DNA from: an uncultured Planctomycetales bacterium
Lineage (GTDB): Bacteria; Planctomycetota; SZUA-567; JAFGNG01
Assembly (NCBI GenBank): GCA_964577825.1
Contig: CAZOBJ010000004.1
Location: 3,226-67,225 of the forward strand
DNA length: 64,000 nt
Reading direction: 5' to 3'
In this document: positions 56,103-64,000 of the stretch, in pieces
Layout: each line of letters opens with the position of its first letter
How positions within the stretch are numbered: the first letter of the stretch is position 1
Position numbers and translations under genes: made by a program
The notes under the pieces: generated by a model
What the model saw: the letters and a program-made list of their open reading frames with translations, nothing else
Databases searched by the model: none
What the model was told of the DNA's origin: nothing

Positions 56103-57550
56103 GCGGGCGCCGCGCCGCGCTGGTGCTCCTGACGGCCGTGTGGGCATGCGCGCCGGTGCCGGCCGATCCGGGCACCTGGCCGAGCCTGCGCGACGGGTCC
56201 GACGCCAACGCGACCTGCACCTGGCCGGGACCGGACCCGGCGCCGGACATCCGCGAGTGGCACTTCACCCACAAGGGGGGCCGGCGGTACAAGATGGGCC
56301 TGGCCGTGTGGGCCTCGCCCGCGCTCGCGATTGTGCAGGGCCGGCCCATGGCCTTCATCGGCGGGTATGGACAGACCCTGCACGCGCTGGACCTGGCCGC
56401 GAAGGAGCGAATCTGGTTCAAAATCACCAACGGAGAGATCGGCACCGCGCCCGCGGTGGGCCGCGCGGACGGGCGGCAGGTGGTGTACTGGGGCTCGGCG
56501 GACCGCTGGGTGTACGCGCACGACGCGGCGACCGGCCGGCGGGTCTGGTCGCGCGAGCTCGTGGCGCCCAGCCCGACCATGGCCGCGGCGCAGGTCTCCA
56601 GCCCCCTGCTGCACGAGGGCACGATGTATATCGCCTGCTTTGTGCATGACCGCGCCCTGGCCCGCAACAAGCAGGTCGCGCGCCTGTACGCCCTGGACAT
56701 GGCCACGGGCGAGGTGCGCTGGTCGCGGGTCGTGTCGAACGGGCCCGTGAGCTCGCCCGTGGGCCGGGATCTGGACAATCGGTTCCATCTGTGGATCGCC
56801 GCGCGCAAGGGCCTGCTGCAGTGCTTCGACGTCTCCGGCGAGCGCCCGGTGCGGCGATGGACCTACCAGATCGCGCACGAGGTCTTCGGCAGCCCTGCGG
56901 TCGAGCCCGATGGAGACGAGCCGCTCCTGTTCCTGGGCAGCAAGTTCGGCAACCTGAACGCGATCAACGCGCGCACGGGCCAGCGGGTGTGGAACCGGAT
57001 GGCCGGCAACTGGATCGACAACACCGCGTGCCTGGCCGCGGTGGACGGCGAGCGGGTGGTGTTCGTGGGCTCCCATGACTACAAGGTCTACGCCTTTCGC
57101 GCGCGAGACGGGAAGGAACTGTGGAGCCGGCCCTTGGGCGGCGAGGTGTACTCCGCGCCCTGCTTCTTTCGCGAATCCGCGGGCCCGGCCATCGCCGTAA
57201 GCGCCCTGGACGACCACCTGTACGTGCTCGACGCGCGCACGGGCGAGATCCGCACAAGCTACTTCACCGGCAGGCCCATCTGGGACAAGGTGCCCAAGGG
57301 CGAGACCCTATGGGGCTCGCCCGTCGCGTTCCAGGCTGGCGACCAGACGGCCGTGGTGCACGGCTCGTTCAACGACACGGTGTACGTGTTGCCCCTGGAG
57401 GGCGAGGTGAGCCTGCGCGCCCAGGCGCGAAGCTCTGCCGAGCTTTGGTGGGGACTGCTGGTTGTGCTGGGCTTGTTTCTGGGCGTGGTGCTTCCGGTGG
57501 TCCTGTGGTGGCCGGGGCCTGCGCGCGGTCAGGGCGCGGTTCGGGAATGA
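56099..57550 (+). CDS. exported PQQ-like beta-propeller repeat protein with C-terminal membrane anchor
   Basis: GTGA overlap. Signal peptide AALVLLTAVWACAP. Repeated G..G.VYA.DA.TG...W blades. C-terminal helix LWWGLLVVLGLFLGVVLPVVLWW. Confidence 0.75.
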   Translation: MSGRRAALVLLTAVWACAPVPADPGTWPSLRDGSDANATCTWPGPDPAPDIREWHFTHKGGRRYKMGLAVWASPALAIVQGRPMAFIGGYGQTLHALDLAAKERIWFKITNGEIGTAPAVGRADGRQVVYWGSADRWVYAHDAATGRRVWSRELVAPSPTMAAAQVSSPLLHEGTMYIACFVHDRALARNKQVARLYALDMATGEVRWSRVVSNGPVSSPVGRDLDNRFHLWIAARKGLLQCFDVSGERPVRRWTYQIAHEVFGSPAVEPDGDEPLLFLGSKFGNLNAINARTGQRVWNRMAGNWIDNTACLAAVDGERVVFVGSHDYKVYAFRARDGKELWSRPLGGEVYSAPCFFRESAGPAIAVSALDDHLYVLDARTGEIRTSYFTGRPIWDKVPKGETLWGSPVAFQAGDQTAVVHGSFNDTVYVLPLEGEVSLRAQARSSAELWWGLLVVLGLFLGVVLPVVLWWPGPARGQGAVRE

Positions 57551-57574
57551 TCCGCGGGCGCGTCCGGACCGAGG

Positions 57575-57769
57575 TCAGGCTACGGCGTAGTCGACCCGCG
57601 GCGCTTCGACGCGGGGCGCGCGGTCCCGCAGGGCCCGGGCCTCGCGCAGGGCGCGGGCCAGGCACTCGGGGCAATAGCCGTGGCTTACGCGGCTCGGGTC
57701 TGCGGGCGCAGCGTGGATCCAGTGTTTGCCCTGCGCCAGACGGCCGCATACACAACAGACGCACTGCAT
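57575..57769 (-). CDS. small zinc-ribbon protein (CxxC...CxxC), unknown function
   Basis: 64 aa, MQCVCCVCGR...SHGYCPECLARAL, with a strong AGGAGG RBS 6 nt upstream of ATG 57769. It lies 62 nt downstream of the REC-TRD gene on the same strand. Confidence 0.6.
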   Translation of the reverse strand: MQCVCCVCGRLAQGKHWIHAAPADPSRVSHGYCPECLARALREARALRDRAPRVEAPRVDYAVA

Positions 57770-57831
57770 GTTGGGTCCTCCTTCTACATCCATTAGCGGC
57801 GCCCCGCGGGGCGACTTGAGCCACACCCCCG

Positions 57832-58896
57832 TCAAAACCCGAGATTGGCGAGCCGGCGGACCTCGCGGCGCGCGAGCCCGTAGATGCGGAAGATCCGGTC
57901 GTTCACCTGTTCGAGGGCCTGCTCGGCCGGCGGGGTGTGCGGCCCGGTCTCCACGGTCTCCACGAGCGAGGCGATCTCTTCCTGCACGGAGGGTTCGGGC
58001 ACGGCCACAGGCAGCCCCTGGAGATCCACGGTGCGCAGCATGGTGGCCAGGTTGTCGTGCTCGGGCAGGGGCCGGATGCGCCGCAGGAAGAAGTCCATGA
58101 GCCGGCTGTTGAGGAGCGCGGCCACGTACCTGCGGTCCAGGCCCTTGGCCGGCACCACGCCGTAGACGCCGCCGTTGATGAACATGGCGCCGTAGTCGAC
58201 CGCTGCGACAAGCGGCGGGGCGCTGCGGCGGACCACGACCTTGAGACTGCGCAACAGGTCCTCGTCCGGCACCCGAAGAAGCTGGCGGCGGTCGTAGCGC
58301 ACGTGCGTTCCGGTGTACAGGATCTCGAACGAGCGCACGTCCGTCTCCACGAGCACGGGCTGCCAGGGCGGTCCGCGCCGGGCCTCGGCGAGCTGGGTGT
58401 GCGCGTCGCGCGGGGTGAGCCCGGCGAACACCTCGGCTACGTCCCCGAGGGTGCGGGTCTCCTCCAGGATGCGCGCGAACGCTTCGCGCAGCGGCTTGGG
58501 CGCCTGTAGGCCGGGAGGGCGCTCGTCCGCCTCCGGGCGCACCAGTCCCTTGACCCTGCGGGCCAGCGCGTCCGGGGTGAAGGGCTTGTGCAACAGGGCG
58601 GTGGCCCCGGCCTCGAGCAGGCTCTCGGTCGTGGACATGTCCGCGCGCTCGCACAGCACCAGGATCGGCATTTCTTTCAGGCCCTGGATCTTGCGAAGCG
58701 CTTTGCACACCGCCCCGGCCGGCGCGTCGGGCGCGTCCTCGTCCAGGATCGTGGCCTGGGGGTGTTCGGTGCGGGCCTGGTCCACCCCGTCGAGCGCGGT
58801 GGAGGCGAACAGGACCTGAAAGCCTTCCACGCGCAGACGCCGGCGAAGCCGGTCTCGCAAAGGGGTGTCGTCTTGGATGAGCAAAACCTTGGGCAT
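57832..58896 (-). CDS. response-regulator receiver domain fused to a TaqI-like C-terminal (restriction-modification target-recognition) domain
   Basis: ATG 58896 follows GGGAGG. REC hallmarks: VLLIQDD, ILDED, LHKPF. The C-terminal part reads LGDVAEVFAGLTP...KVVVRRSAPPLVAAVDYGAMFINGGVYGVVP...YVAALLNSRLMDFFLRR...NDRIFRIYGL, the pattern of the C-terminal specificity domain of Eco57I/TaqI-type N6-adenine methyltransferases. No methyltransferase motifs are present. Confidence 0.7.
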   Translation of the reverse strand: MPKVLLIQDDTPLRDRLRRRLRVEGFQVLFASTALDGVDQARTEHPQATILDEDAPDAPAGAVCKALRKIQGLKEMPILVLCERADMSTTESLLEAGATALLHKPFTPDALARRVKGLVRPEADERPPGLQAPKPLREAFARILEETRTLGDVAEVFAGLTPRDAHTQLAEARRGPPWQPVLVETDVRSFEILYTGTHVRYDRRQLLRVPDEDLLRSLKVVVRRSAPPLVAAVDYGAMFINGGVYGVVPAKGLDRRYVAALLNSRLMDFFLRRIRPLPEHDNLATMLRTVDLQGLPVAVPEPSVQEEIASLVETVETGPHTPPAEQALEQVNDRIFRIYGLARREVRRLANLGF

Positions 58897-59086
58897 GTCC
58901 AGGTGCCTCCCGCGGCCGCGGCGCACCCGCAGGTGCCGGAACAGGGCCGTCTCACCAAGCGTCAGCACAGACATCACCGGTCTCCGTGGTCCGGACGCGC
59001 CCATCGGCCGAAGATCGCGACGCGCGGCCGGTTGCATCCTACTAGGATTATCGGCCATACGGGATCGGTGATGCAGGCAAGTTCGG

Positions 59087-59899
59087 CTATCGCGCTCCGG
59101 TGCGCAGGCGGCGCACCGCGGTCTCCACGTCCGTCTGCACGAGCAGGCTCTCGCCCACGAGCGCCGCGGCGACACCCGCCTCGGCCAAACGGCGCAAGTC
59201 CTGCGCAGAGGTGATGCCGCTCTCCGCGACCACGGGCACGGTCTCGGGGATGCGCGCGCGCAGGCGGTAGGTGGTCTGCACGTCCACCACGAAGGTGTCC
59301 AGGTCGCGGTTGTTCACGCCGATGAGCGGCGCCTGGGCTGCGAGCGCCACCTCAAGGTCCGCCTCGTCGTGGATCTCCGTCAGGGGTGTGAGGCCCAGCG
59401 CCACGGCGGCCTGCAACAGCGCTTCCAGGTCCTTGCGGGCGAGCATCCGGGCGATACAGAGCACTGCGTCCGCTCCGGCGGCCCGGGCCTCTGCGACCTG
59501 GGCCGGATGCAGCAGGAAGTCCTTGCGCAACACGGGCAGGGCGCTGGCCGCTCTCGCCTGACGCAAATCGTTGAGCGACCCCTGGAAATAGGTCTCGTCC
59601 GTGAGGCAGCTGAGGGCCGCCGCGCCCCCGCGCGTATAGGCCGCGGCGAGCGCGGTCGGGTCGAAGTCCTTGCGCAACAGGCCTTTGGAGGGACTGGTGT
59701 GCTTGATCTCCGCGATGATCCGTACGTCCGGTCCCGTGGCAATCGCGCGGAAGAAGTCGCGCGGCGGATCCGTTCGCGAGGCCTCGCGCGCTCGTTCGAA
59801 AAGGGCTTGCTCCGAGGTCCGGGCCAGGAGGCGCGCGATCTCCTCTTGCTTCGTCGCCTGGATGCGGCCCAGGATGGGCGGCAGGGGCCGGTCGGCCAT
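59087..59899 (-). CDS. trpC: indole-3-glycerol phosphate synthase
   Basis: From ATG 59899: IIAEIKHTSPSKG, LSCLTDETYFQGS, LRKDF, IGVNNRDL, ESGI. Confidence 0.95.
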   Translation of the reverse strand: MADRPLPPILGRIQATKQEEIARLLARTSEQALFERAREASRTDPPRDFFRAIATGPDVRIIAEIKHTSPSKGLLRKDFDPTALAAAYTRGGAAALSCLTDETYFQGSLNDLRQARAASALPVLRKDFLLHPAQVAEARAAGADAVLCIARMLARKDLEALLQAAVALGLTPLTEIHDEADLEVALAAQAPLIGVNNRDLDTFVVDVQTTYRLRARIPETVPVVAESGITSAQDLRRLAEAGVAAALVGESLLVQTDVETAVRRLRTGAR

Positions 59900-59901
59900 G
59901 G

Positions 59902-61368
59902 TCAGGTTCCCCCCCACACAGGACTGGACCACGCCATGTCGCCCGTGGCTGTGAGTACGCGCACATACGCCCACTCGTCGGGCCCCAGGGGTTCGATGTC
60001 GCGCGTGGCCTGCACCACGCGCGGGTCCTCATCCGGGGTGAGCGTGAGCGCACGCTCCCCGCCGCGCACGAGCGCGGCCTCGCGCACCCCGTCCTCGGAT
60101 GCGGCGCGCACGGTCAGGGTGCTCTTGCCCGCCGCGTTGTCAAAGGTCGCGTCCAGATAGATACGCCGCCGGGTGGTGGCATAGGTCCGGTGGGTCTGGA
60201 TCGCGTCGTACACGGCCTCGCGCGTGAGCGCAGGAACGACCGCGGCCGTGAATCCCTGCGGATGCATCATGCCGAACAGCTCGAAATAGCGCCCCTGCTC
60301 GGAGGTGAGGTCGTCGCCCGGCCGTCCGTCATGGATGTCGCCGCCGCCCACGAATCCGAATCGGTAGCCGCGATTCAGCGCGTCGACCACGTGTCGGCCG
60401 GCTCGTTCGCCCCGGTTGAATCGGATCGGGCGCGGATTGCCCTGCTCGGCCGGGCATTCGCTGTTGCCCCACACCGAGTAGATTTCCACGGCCTTCTCGA
60501 ACTGCGGGTTCCAGCCGTGGCTCCAGTCTGCGCCCAAGGGGGCGCTCGCGGTGTGGTGCGGAATGACCAGCGCCTCCACGCCCCGGAGTTTGTCCCACAG
60601 CTTGTCCAGGGTGTCGGCGCCCGGGTCGCGCGAGCGCAGGATGGGCCCATCGTCGCCGCGGAAGTAAATGTTGCGATGTCCGAAGTTGCCGGCCCCGTCG
60701 GGCCAGTTGTGGCTCGTCCATTCCTGGCCGACCAGGGTCGGGAACCGGCCGGGCTCGTTGAAGGCGTTCGTGACCGCCATGAAGTAGTCCCACTGCCAGT
60801 CGGTGAGGGGCTCGCTGTGGTCCGAGAGCGCGCCCCAGTCCAGGAACGCCTCGTCGCGCGCGAACCAGTAGAGCTCCTCCGGGCAGCGCAGCCCGTCGCT
60901 GAAGAAGCTCTGCCAGTGCGGGTCACCCCAGTACACGCGGCGGGCGGGCGGGTCTTCGGATACGTCCATGGCGTTCGCGGACGCGGTGAACCCGCCGGCC
61001 GGATCCGTGAAGCGGAGAAAATGCATGCCGGCCGCGGTCCAGCGGAACGGGCCGAAGCTGCGGATCGGGCGCGGATCGCCCGGATAGGCGCCTTGATCCT
61101 TGCCGTCGAAGGTGAGCGTCCTGGGCCCGTCCAGGGCCGGGTCGTCGTCGACCTCCAGGGCGCCGGTCCATTCCGGCAGCGTGTCGTCCAGGAATCGCAA
61201 CCCGCGCGTGGCCAGATTGAACTGACTCTGTACGTTCGGCTTGCGGCGCAGGCAACAATCGGCGAGCTTCGGCTCCACGACCTCGCCGCGCAGCTTGATG
61301 CGCACATAGAAGGGCTCGCCGATCTGCACGCGCGACGGCGTCACGGCGAGCGCGCCGGTTGGGATCAT
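59902..61368 (-). CDS. DUF3604-like metal-dependent (PHP-fold-like) protein, unknown function
   Basis: From ATG 61368. YWGDPHWQSFFSDG, ALSDHSE, VIPHH and VGGGDIHDG resemble the His/Asp metal-ligand pattern of DUF3604. The assignment is from memory only. The stop lies 2 nt before the trpC start. Confidence 0.5.
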   Translation of the reverse strand: MIPTGALAVTPSRVQIGEPFYVRIKLRGEVVEPKLADCCLRRKPNVQSQFNLATRGLRFLDDTLPEWTGALEVDDDPALDGPRTLTFDGKDQGAYPGDPRPIRSFGPFRWTAAGMHFLRFTDPAGGFTASANAMDVSEDPPARRVYWGDPHWQSFFSDGLRCPEELYWFARDEAFLDWGALSDHSEPLTDWQWDYFMAVTNAFNEPGRFPTLVGQEWTSHNWPDGAGNFGHRNIYFRGDDGPILRSRDPGADTLDKLWDKLRGVEALVIPHHTASAPLGADWSHGWNPQFEKAVEIYSVWGNSECPAEQGNPRPIRFNRGERAGRHVVDALNRGYRFGFVGGGDIHDGRPGDDLTSEQGRYFELFGMMHPQGFTAAVVPALTREAVYDAIQTHRTYATTRRRIYLDATFDNAAGKSTLTVRAASEDGVREAALVRGGERALTLTPDEDPRVVQATRDIEPLGPDEWAYVRVLTATGDMAWSSPVWGGT

Positions 61369-61432
61369 TGCGCTTCCTTTCTGGCCGGGGGGTTCGCGGC
61401 GGCGTCGATGTCCACAGGGCACGGGGCGTGCA

Positions 61433-62119
61433 TCAGTCCTGCTGAGGCGCGTCCGTGGCCGCGAACAGGGCCACCTGGCGCTTCATGTCCTGGTCTTCGG
61501 GCTCGAGGAAGTACGCGCTCTCGTCCTCGGTGCGCACGAGCCCGGCCTGCGCGTACTCGTCCAGGATGCGCCCGGCCTCAGCCGCGGACACCCCCAGCTC
61601 GCGGGCCAGGTCCCTGAGCGGCACCGCGGTGCCCTGGCGCTGTGCGCACGCGGCCATCAGCTTGCGCCTGGCGGGGGTGGCCACCAAGCGTTCGTACGCG
61701 GCCACCGCACCAGCCTGCGGCTCGGCGGCGGATTCCATGAGCTGGGCCTGGCGCTTGTTCATCTCTTGCAGGCGCGCGGCCAGGATGCGCGCGAGCTTGA
61801 GGGCCAGGGCCGGCGAGTAGTTGAAGAAGTCGACCACTTTCTCCTGCGGCACGCACAACAGCGACGAGTCCGCGGTCGCGACTACGGTGGCCGAGCGCGG
61901 TGCGCCCAGCAGCATGCTCATCTCGCCGAGGTAGGTGTCCTTCTGGTCGATCGTGGCGATGATCGTCTCGCCGCGGCGGATCTCGACCGCGCCGTCGAGC
62001 AGGATGTAGAGCTCTCGGCCCGCCTCGCCCTCGCGGAATACGGTCTCTCCGCGCTTGACCTTGCGCCGCAGCTGGTCGAGCAGCTTCTGGCGCTTCTGGT
62101 CCTTGTCGTCCGCAGCCAT
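61433..62119 (-). CDS. cyclic nucleotide-binding domain protein with C-terminal winged-helix-like region (Crp/Fnr-like)
   Basis: VFREGEAGRELYILLDGAVEI...GEMSMLLGAPRSATVVA is the cNMP-binding beta-barrel. C-terminal LRDLARELGVSAAEAGRIL is HTH-like. Confidence 0.8.
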   Translation of the reverse strand: MAADDKDQKRQKLLDQLRRKVKRGETVFREGEAGRELYILLDGAVEIRRGETIIATIDQKDTYLGEMSMLLGAPRSATVVATADSSLLCVPQEKVVDFFNYSPALALKLARILAARLQEMNKRQAQLMESAAEPQAGAVAAYERLVATPARRKLMAACAQRQGTAVPLRDLARELGVSAAEAGRILDEYAQAGLVRTEDESAYFLEPEDQDMKRQVALFAATDAPQQD

Positions 62120-62194
62120 GGCCCTGCCTCCCGAGCCAATGTGACACAGGCAGTATAGCAGGCCGTAGCGGTCGGTGCAATCCGCGGGCGGCCC

Positions 62195-63304
62195 TCACGC
62201 GGACAAAGTGGCGCGCTGTTTGGTGCACTGCGCGAGCATCTCGGGCTCCGGCTCGCAGCCGGCGCCCGGGACGTCGGGCACTTTGAACTGGCCGGGCGCC
62301 GAGTGATGCATGCTCGGCGCCCCCAGGTCGCGCGCATAGAATCGCGTGGAAGGGAACAGGTCCGACGGGTACCGCATGTTGGGCAGGGTCGCCAGGGCCA
62401 GGCAATGGTGCGCGCCCACCGCGCTCTCGAGCATGCCGCCCACCCAGCAGGGGAGGCCCGCGGCCCGGCACACGTCGTGCACCGCTTTGGCCTGGGTGAG
62501 CCCGCCCACGCGGCCGGGCTTCACGTTCACCCAGCCGCACGCGCCGATCTGTGCGGCCTTGCGCGCCTTGGCGGGCGAAGTGATGCTCTCGTCCAGGCAG
62601 ACGGGCGTGGCGAGCTCTTTCTGTAGCGCGGCGTGGTCGATCAAGTCGTCGTGGGCCAGGGGCTGCTCGATCATGGCCAGACCGAACCGGTCGAGCTCGC
62701 GCAGCATGGCGAGGTCGTCGAGCGTGTAGGCGCTGTTGCAGTCCACGTGCAGGCGGGCGTTCGGATACGCTTCGCGCACCGAAGAGAGCATGTCGAGCTC
62801 CCAGCCGGGGCGGAATTTCAGCTTGACGCGCGGATACCCCTGTTCAAGCGCCGTGCCCACCACGGCCACGAGGTCGTCGATCGAGTCCAGCACCCCGAAG
62901 TCCGCGCCCGCCTCCACCGTGGTCCGTTCGCCGCCGAGCAGGCGCCACAGGGGCTCGCCGCGTTCCTTCGCGTGCAGGTCCCACCAGGCTAGGTCGAACG
63001 CGGCCTTGGCGAAGTAGTTCCCCTTGATGCATGCGAGCTGGGCCTGAAGGTCGTCGCCGGAGGGGATGTCTTGGCCGAGCAGGCGGGGGGCCACGAACTC
63101 CCTGGCCACGACGAACTGGGTCAGAGCCGCCTCGGGCGAGTAGGCCGGCGCGGCCAGGGGCGTGGCCTCGCCCCAGCCGTAGAGCCCGCCCGAGCAGAGG
63201 CGCACGAGCACGCCCTCTACGCTCCAGTCCTCGCCGTAGGCCGTGCGGAAGGGATACACGAGCGGCATGGCCACGTGCACGATGTCAATGCGGTCGATAT
63301 GCAT
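62195..63304 (-). CDS. enolase-superfamily enzyme, o-succinylbenzoate synthase / N-acylamino-acid racemase subgroup
   Basis: KLKFRPG (KxK), HVDCNSAY, MIEQPL, CLDES and NVKPGRVGG appear in canonical order. Confidence 0.8.
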   Translation of the reverse strand: MHIDRIDIVHVAMPLVYPFRTAYGEDWSVEGVLVRLCSGGLYGWGEATPLAAPAYSPEAALTQFVVAREFVAPRLLGQDIPSGDDLQAQLACIKGNYFAKAAFDLAWWDLHAKERGEPLWRLLGGERTTVEAGADFGVLDSIDDLVAVVGTALEQGYPRVKLKFRPGWELDMLSSVREAYPNARLHVDCNSAYTLDDLAMLRELDRFGLAMIEQPLAHDDLIDHAALQKELATPVCLDESITSPAKARKAAQIGACGWVNVKPGRVGGLTQAKAVHDVCRAAGLPCWVGGMLESAVGAHHCLALATLPNMRYPSDLFPSTRFYARDLGAPSMHHSAPGQFKVPDVPGAGCEPEPEMLAQCTKQRATLSA

Positions 63305-63363
63305 GCTACCCTCGGACGACTCGACGCGCGCCTAGGCCTCGCCGCAGAGCGGAGAGATTCCGT

Positions 63364-64000
63364 TCATTTCGCCACCCAGGTTGTGCCCTCGGGCCCGTCC
63401 TTGAGTTCGATCCCGAGCTCGGCAAGGCGGCCGCGCACCTGGTCGGCGATGGCGTACTGCTTGGCCTCGCGGGCCTGGTTGCGCAGCCGCACGAGCGCGT
63501 CGACCAGAGGGACGGTCTCCCCCTGCGCCTGGCGCGGGCGCTCCAGGGGCAGGCCCAGCACGGTGAGGTGCGCCTCGATCGTGAGGCGCAAGGCCGCGAG
63601 CTCGCCCGGCTGCGCGCCTTCGCGCACCGCCCGGTTGGCCGTGCCCACCGCGTCATGCACGGCGGCCAGGGCCCGCGGCGTGTTGAAGTCGTCGTTCATG
63701 GCGTCACGGAACCGGCGGTCGATCTGCGCGGCCGCGTCCACGAGCGGGCCCGCGTCGGCCGCGCGCACGGGTGCCTCGCCGCCGATCGCCTCGCGCGTCG
63801 CGTCGAGCGCGTTGTAGATGCGGTCCAGCCCGCCGGCCGCGGTGCGCAGGCTCTCTTCGTGAAAGGCCAACGGCGCGCGGTAGTGCGTTCCCAGGATCCA
63901 CAGCCGCACCGCGGCGGGCTGCTGCACGGCGAAGACCTCGTGCAACCAAAAGGCGTTGCCCTTGCTCTTGCCCATCTTTTCCTCTTCGCCGCTCGGGCGC
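63364..64000 (-). CDS. cysS: cysteine--tRNA ligase, C-terminal part (gene continues beyond the right edge)
   Basis: KMGKSKGN (KMSKS loop), then the anticodon-binding/DALR-2-like region DDFNTPRALAAV. The frame is open to position 64000. Confidence 0.9.
   Translation of the reverse strand, partial: RPSGEEEKMGKSKGNAFWLHEVFAVQQPAAVRLWILGTHYRAPLAFHEESLRTAAGGLDRIYNALDATREAIGGEAPVRAADAGPLVDAAAQIDRRFRDAMNDDFNTPRALAAVHDAVGTANRAVREGAQPGELAALRLTIEAHLTVLGLPLERPRQAQGETVPLVDALVRLRNQAREAKQYAIADQVRGRLAELGIELKDGPEGTTWVAK

Noticed and set aside
1-64000. Search for CRISPR arrays, tRNA/rRNA genes, IS elements, integrases, long direct or inverted repeats, and defence systems
   Set aside because: Reading by eye, I found no regularly spaced repeats, no cloverleaf-like segments in the intergenic regions, and no transposase-, integrase-, nuclease- or helicase-type ORFs. 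The only R-M-related sequence is the isolated TaqI_C-like domain fused to a receiver domain. Automated tools (tRNAscan-SE, CRISPR finders, ISEScan) should confirm this.

Overview
GC-rich bacterial chromosomal segment (roughly two-thirds G+C by eye). It is gene-dense, with about 50 CDS on both strands, GGAGG-type ribosome-binding sites and many ATGA/GTGA start-stop overlaps. I recognised no rRNA, tRNA, CRISPR array, transposase, integrase or phage gene. Because of the GC content, nearly every real gene is shadowed by long Arg/Pro/Gly/Ala-rich antisense or off-frame ORFs, and I rejected those. Housekeeping genes: fabD (partial), acpP, ADP-forming acetyl-CoA synthetase, nagB, a cold-shock protein, ald, trpD, queC, trpC, pcm and cysS (partial). 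Catabolic and accessory genes: three leaderless formylglycine-type sulfatases, a GH32 fructosidase, an amidohydrolase, an MDR dehydrogenase and a tandem alpha/beta hydrolase. This repertoire would fit a PVC/FCB-like polysaccharide degrader, but that taxonomy is only a guess. The most notable feature is a ten-gene, translationally coupled operon (46393-57550). It combines a single-subunit HgdB/BcrC-family (double-cubane-type) reductase and its HgdC-type ATPase activator with a WtpA/ModA-like oxyanion ABC importer whose permease carries a large extra membrane domain. It also holds two NapH-like membrane polyferredoxins and three exported proteins. I do not know a characterised system with this composition. 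Other items worth a second look: a receiver domain fused to a TaqI-like restriction-modification target-recognition domain, followed by a small zinc-ribbon gene; a rhomboid-TPR protease operon with two B-box-zinc-finger single-pass membrane proteins; a family of four paralogous exported proteins, three of them in tandem between fabD and acpP; and a UPF0016 half-transporter fused to an erythrin (di-iron) domain. All family assignments come from motif recognition by eye and need profile or structure searches to confirm.
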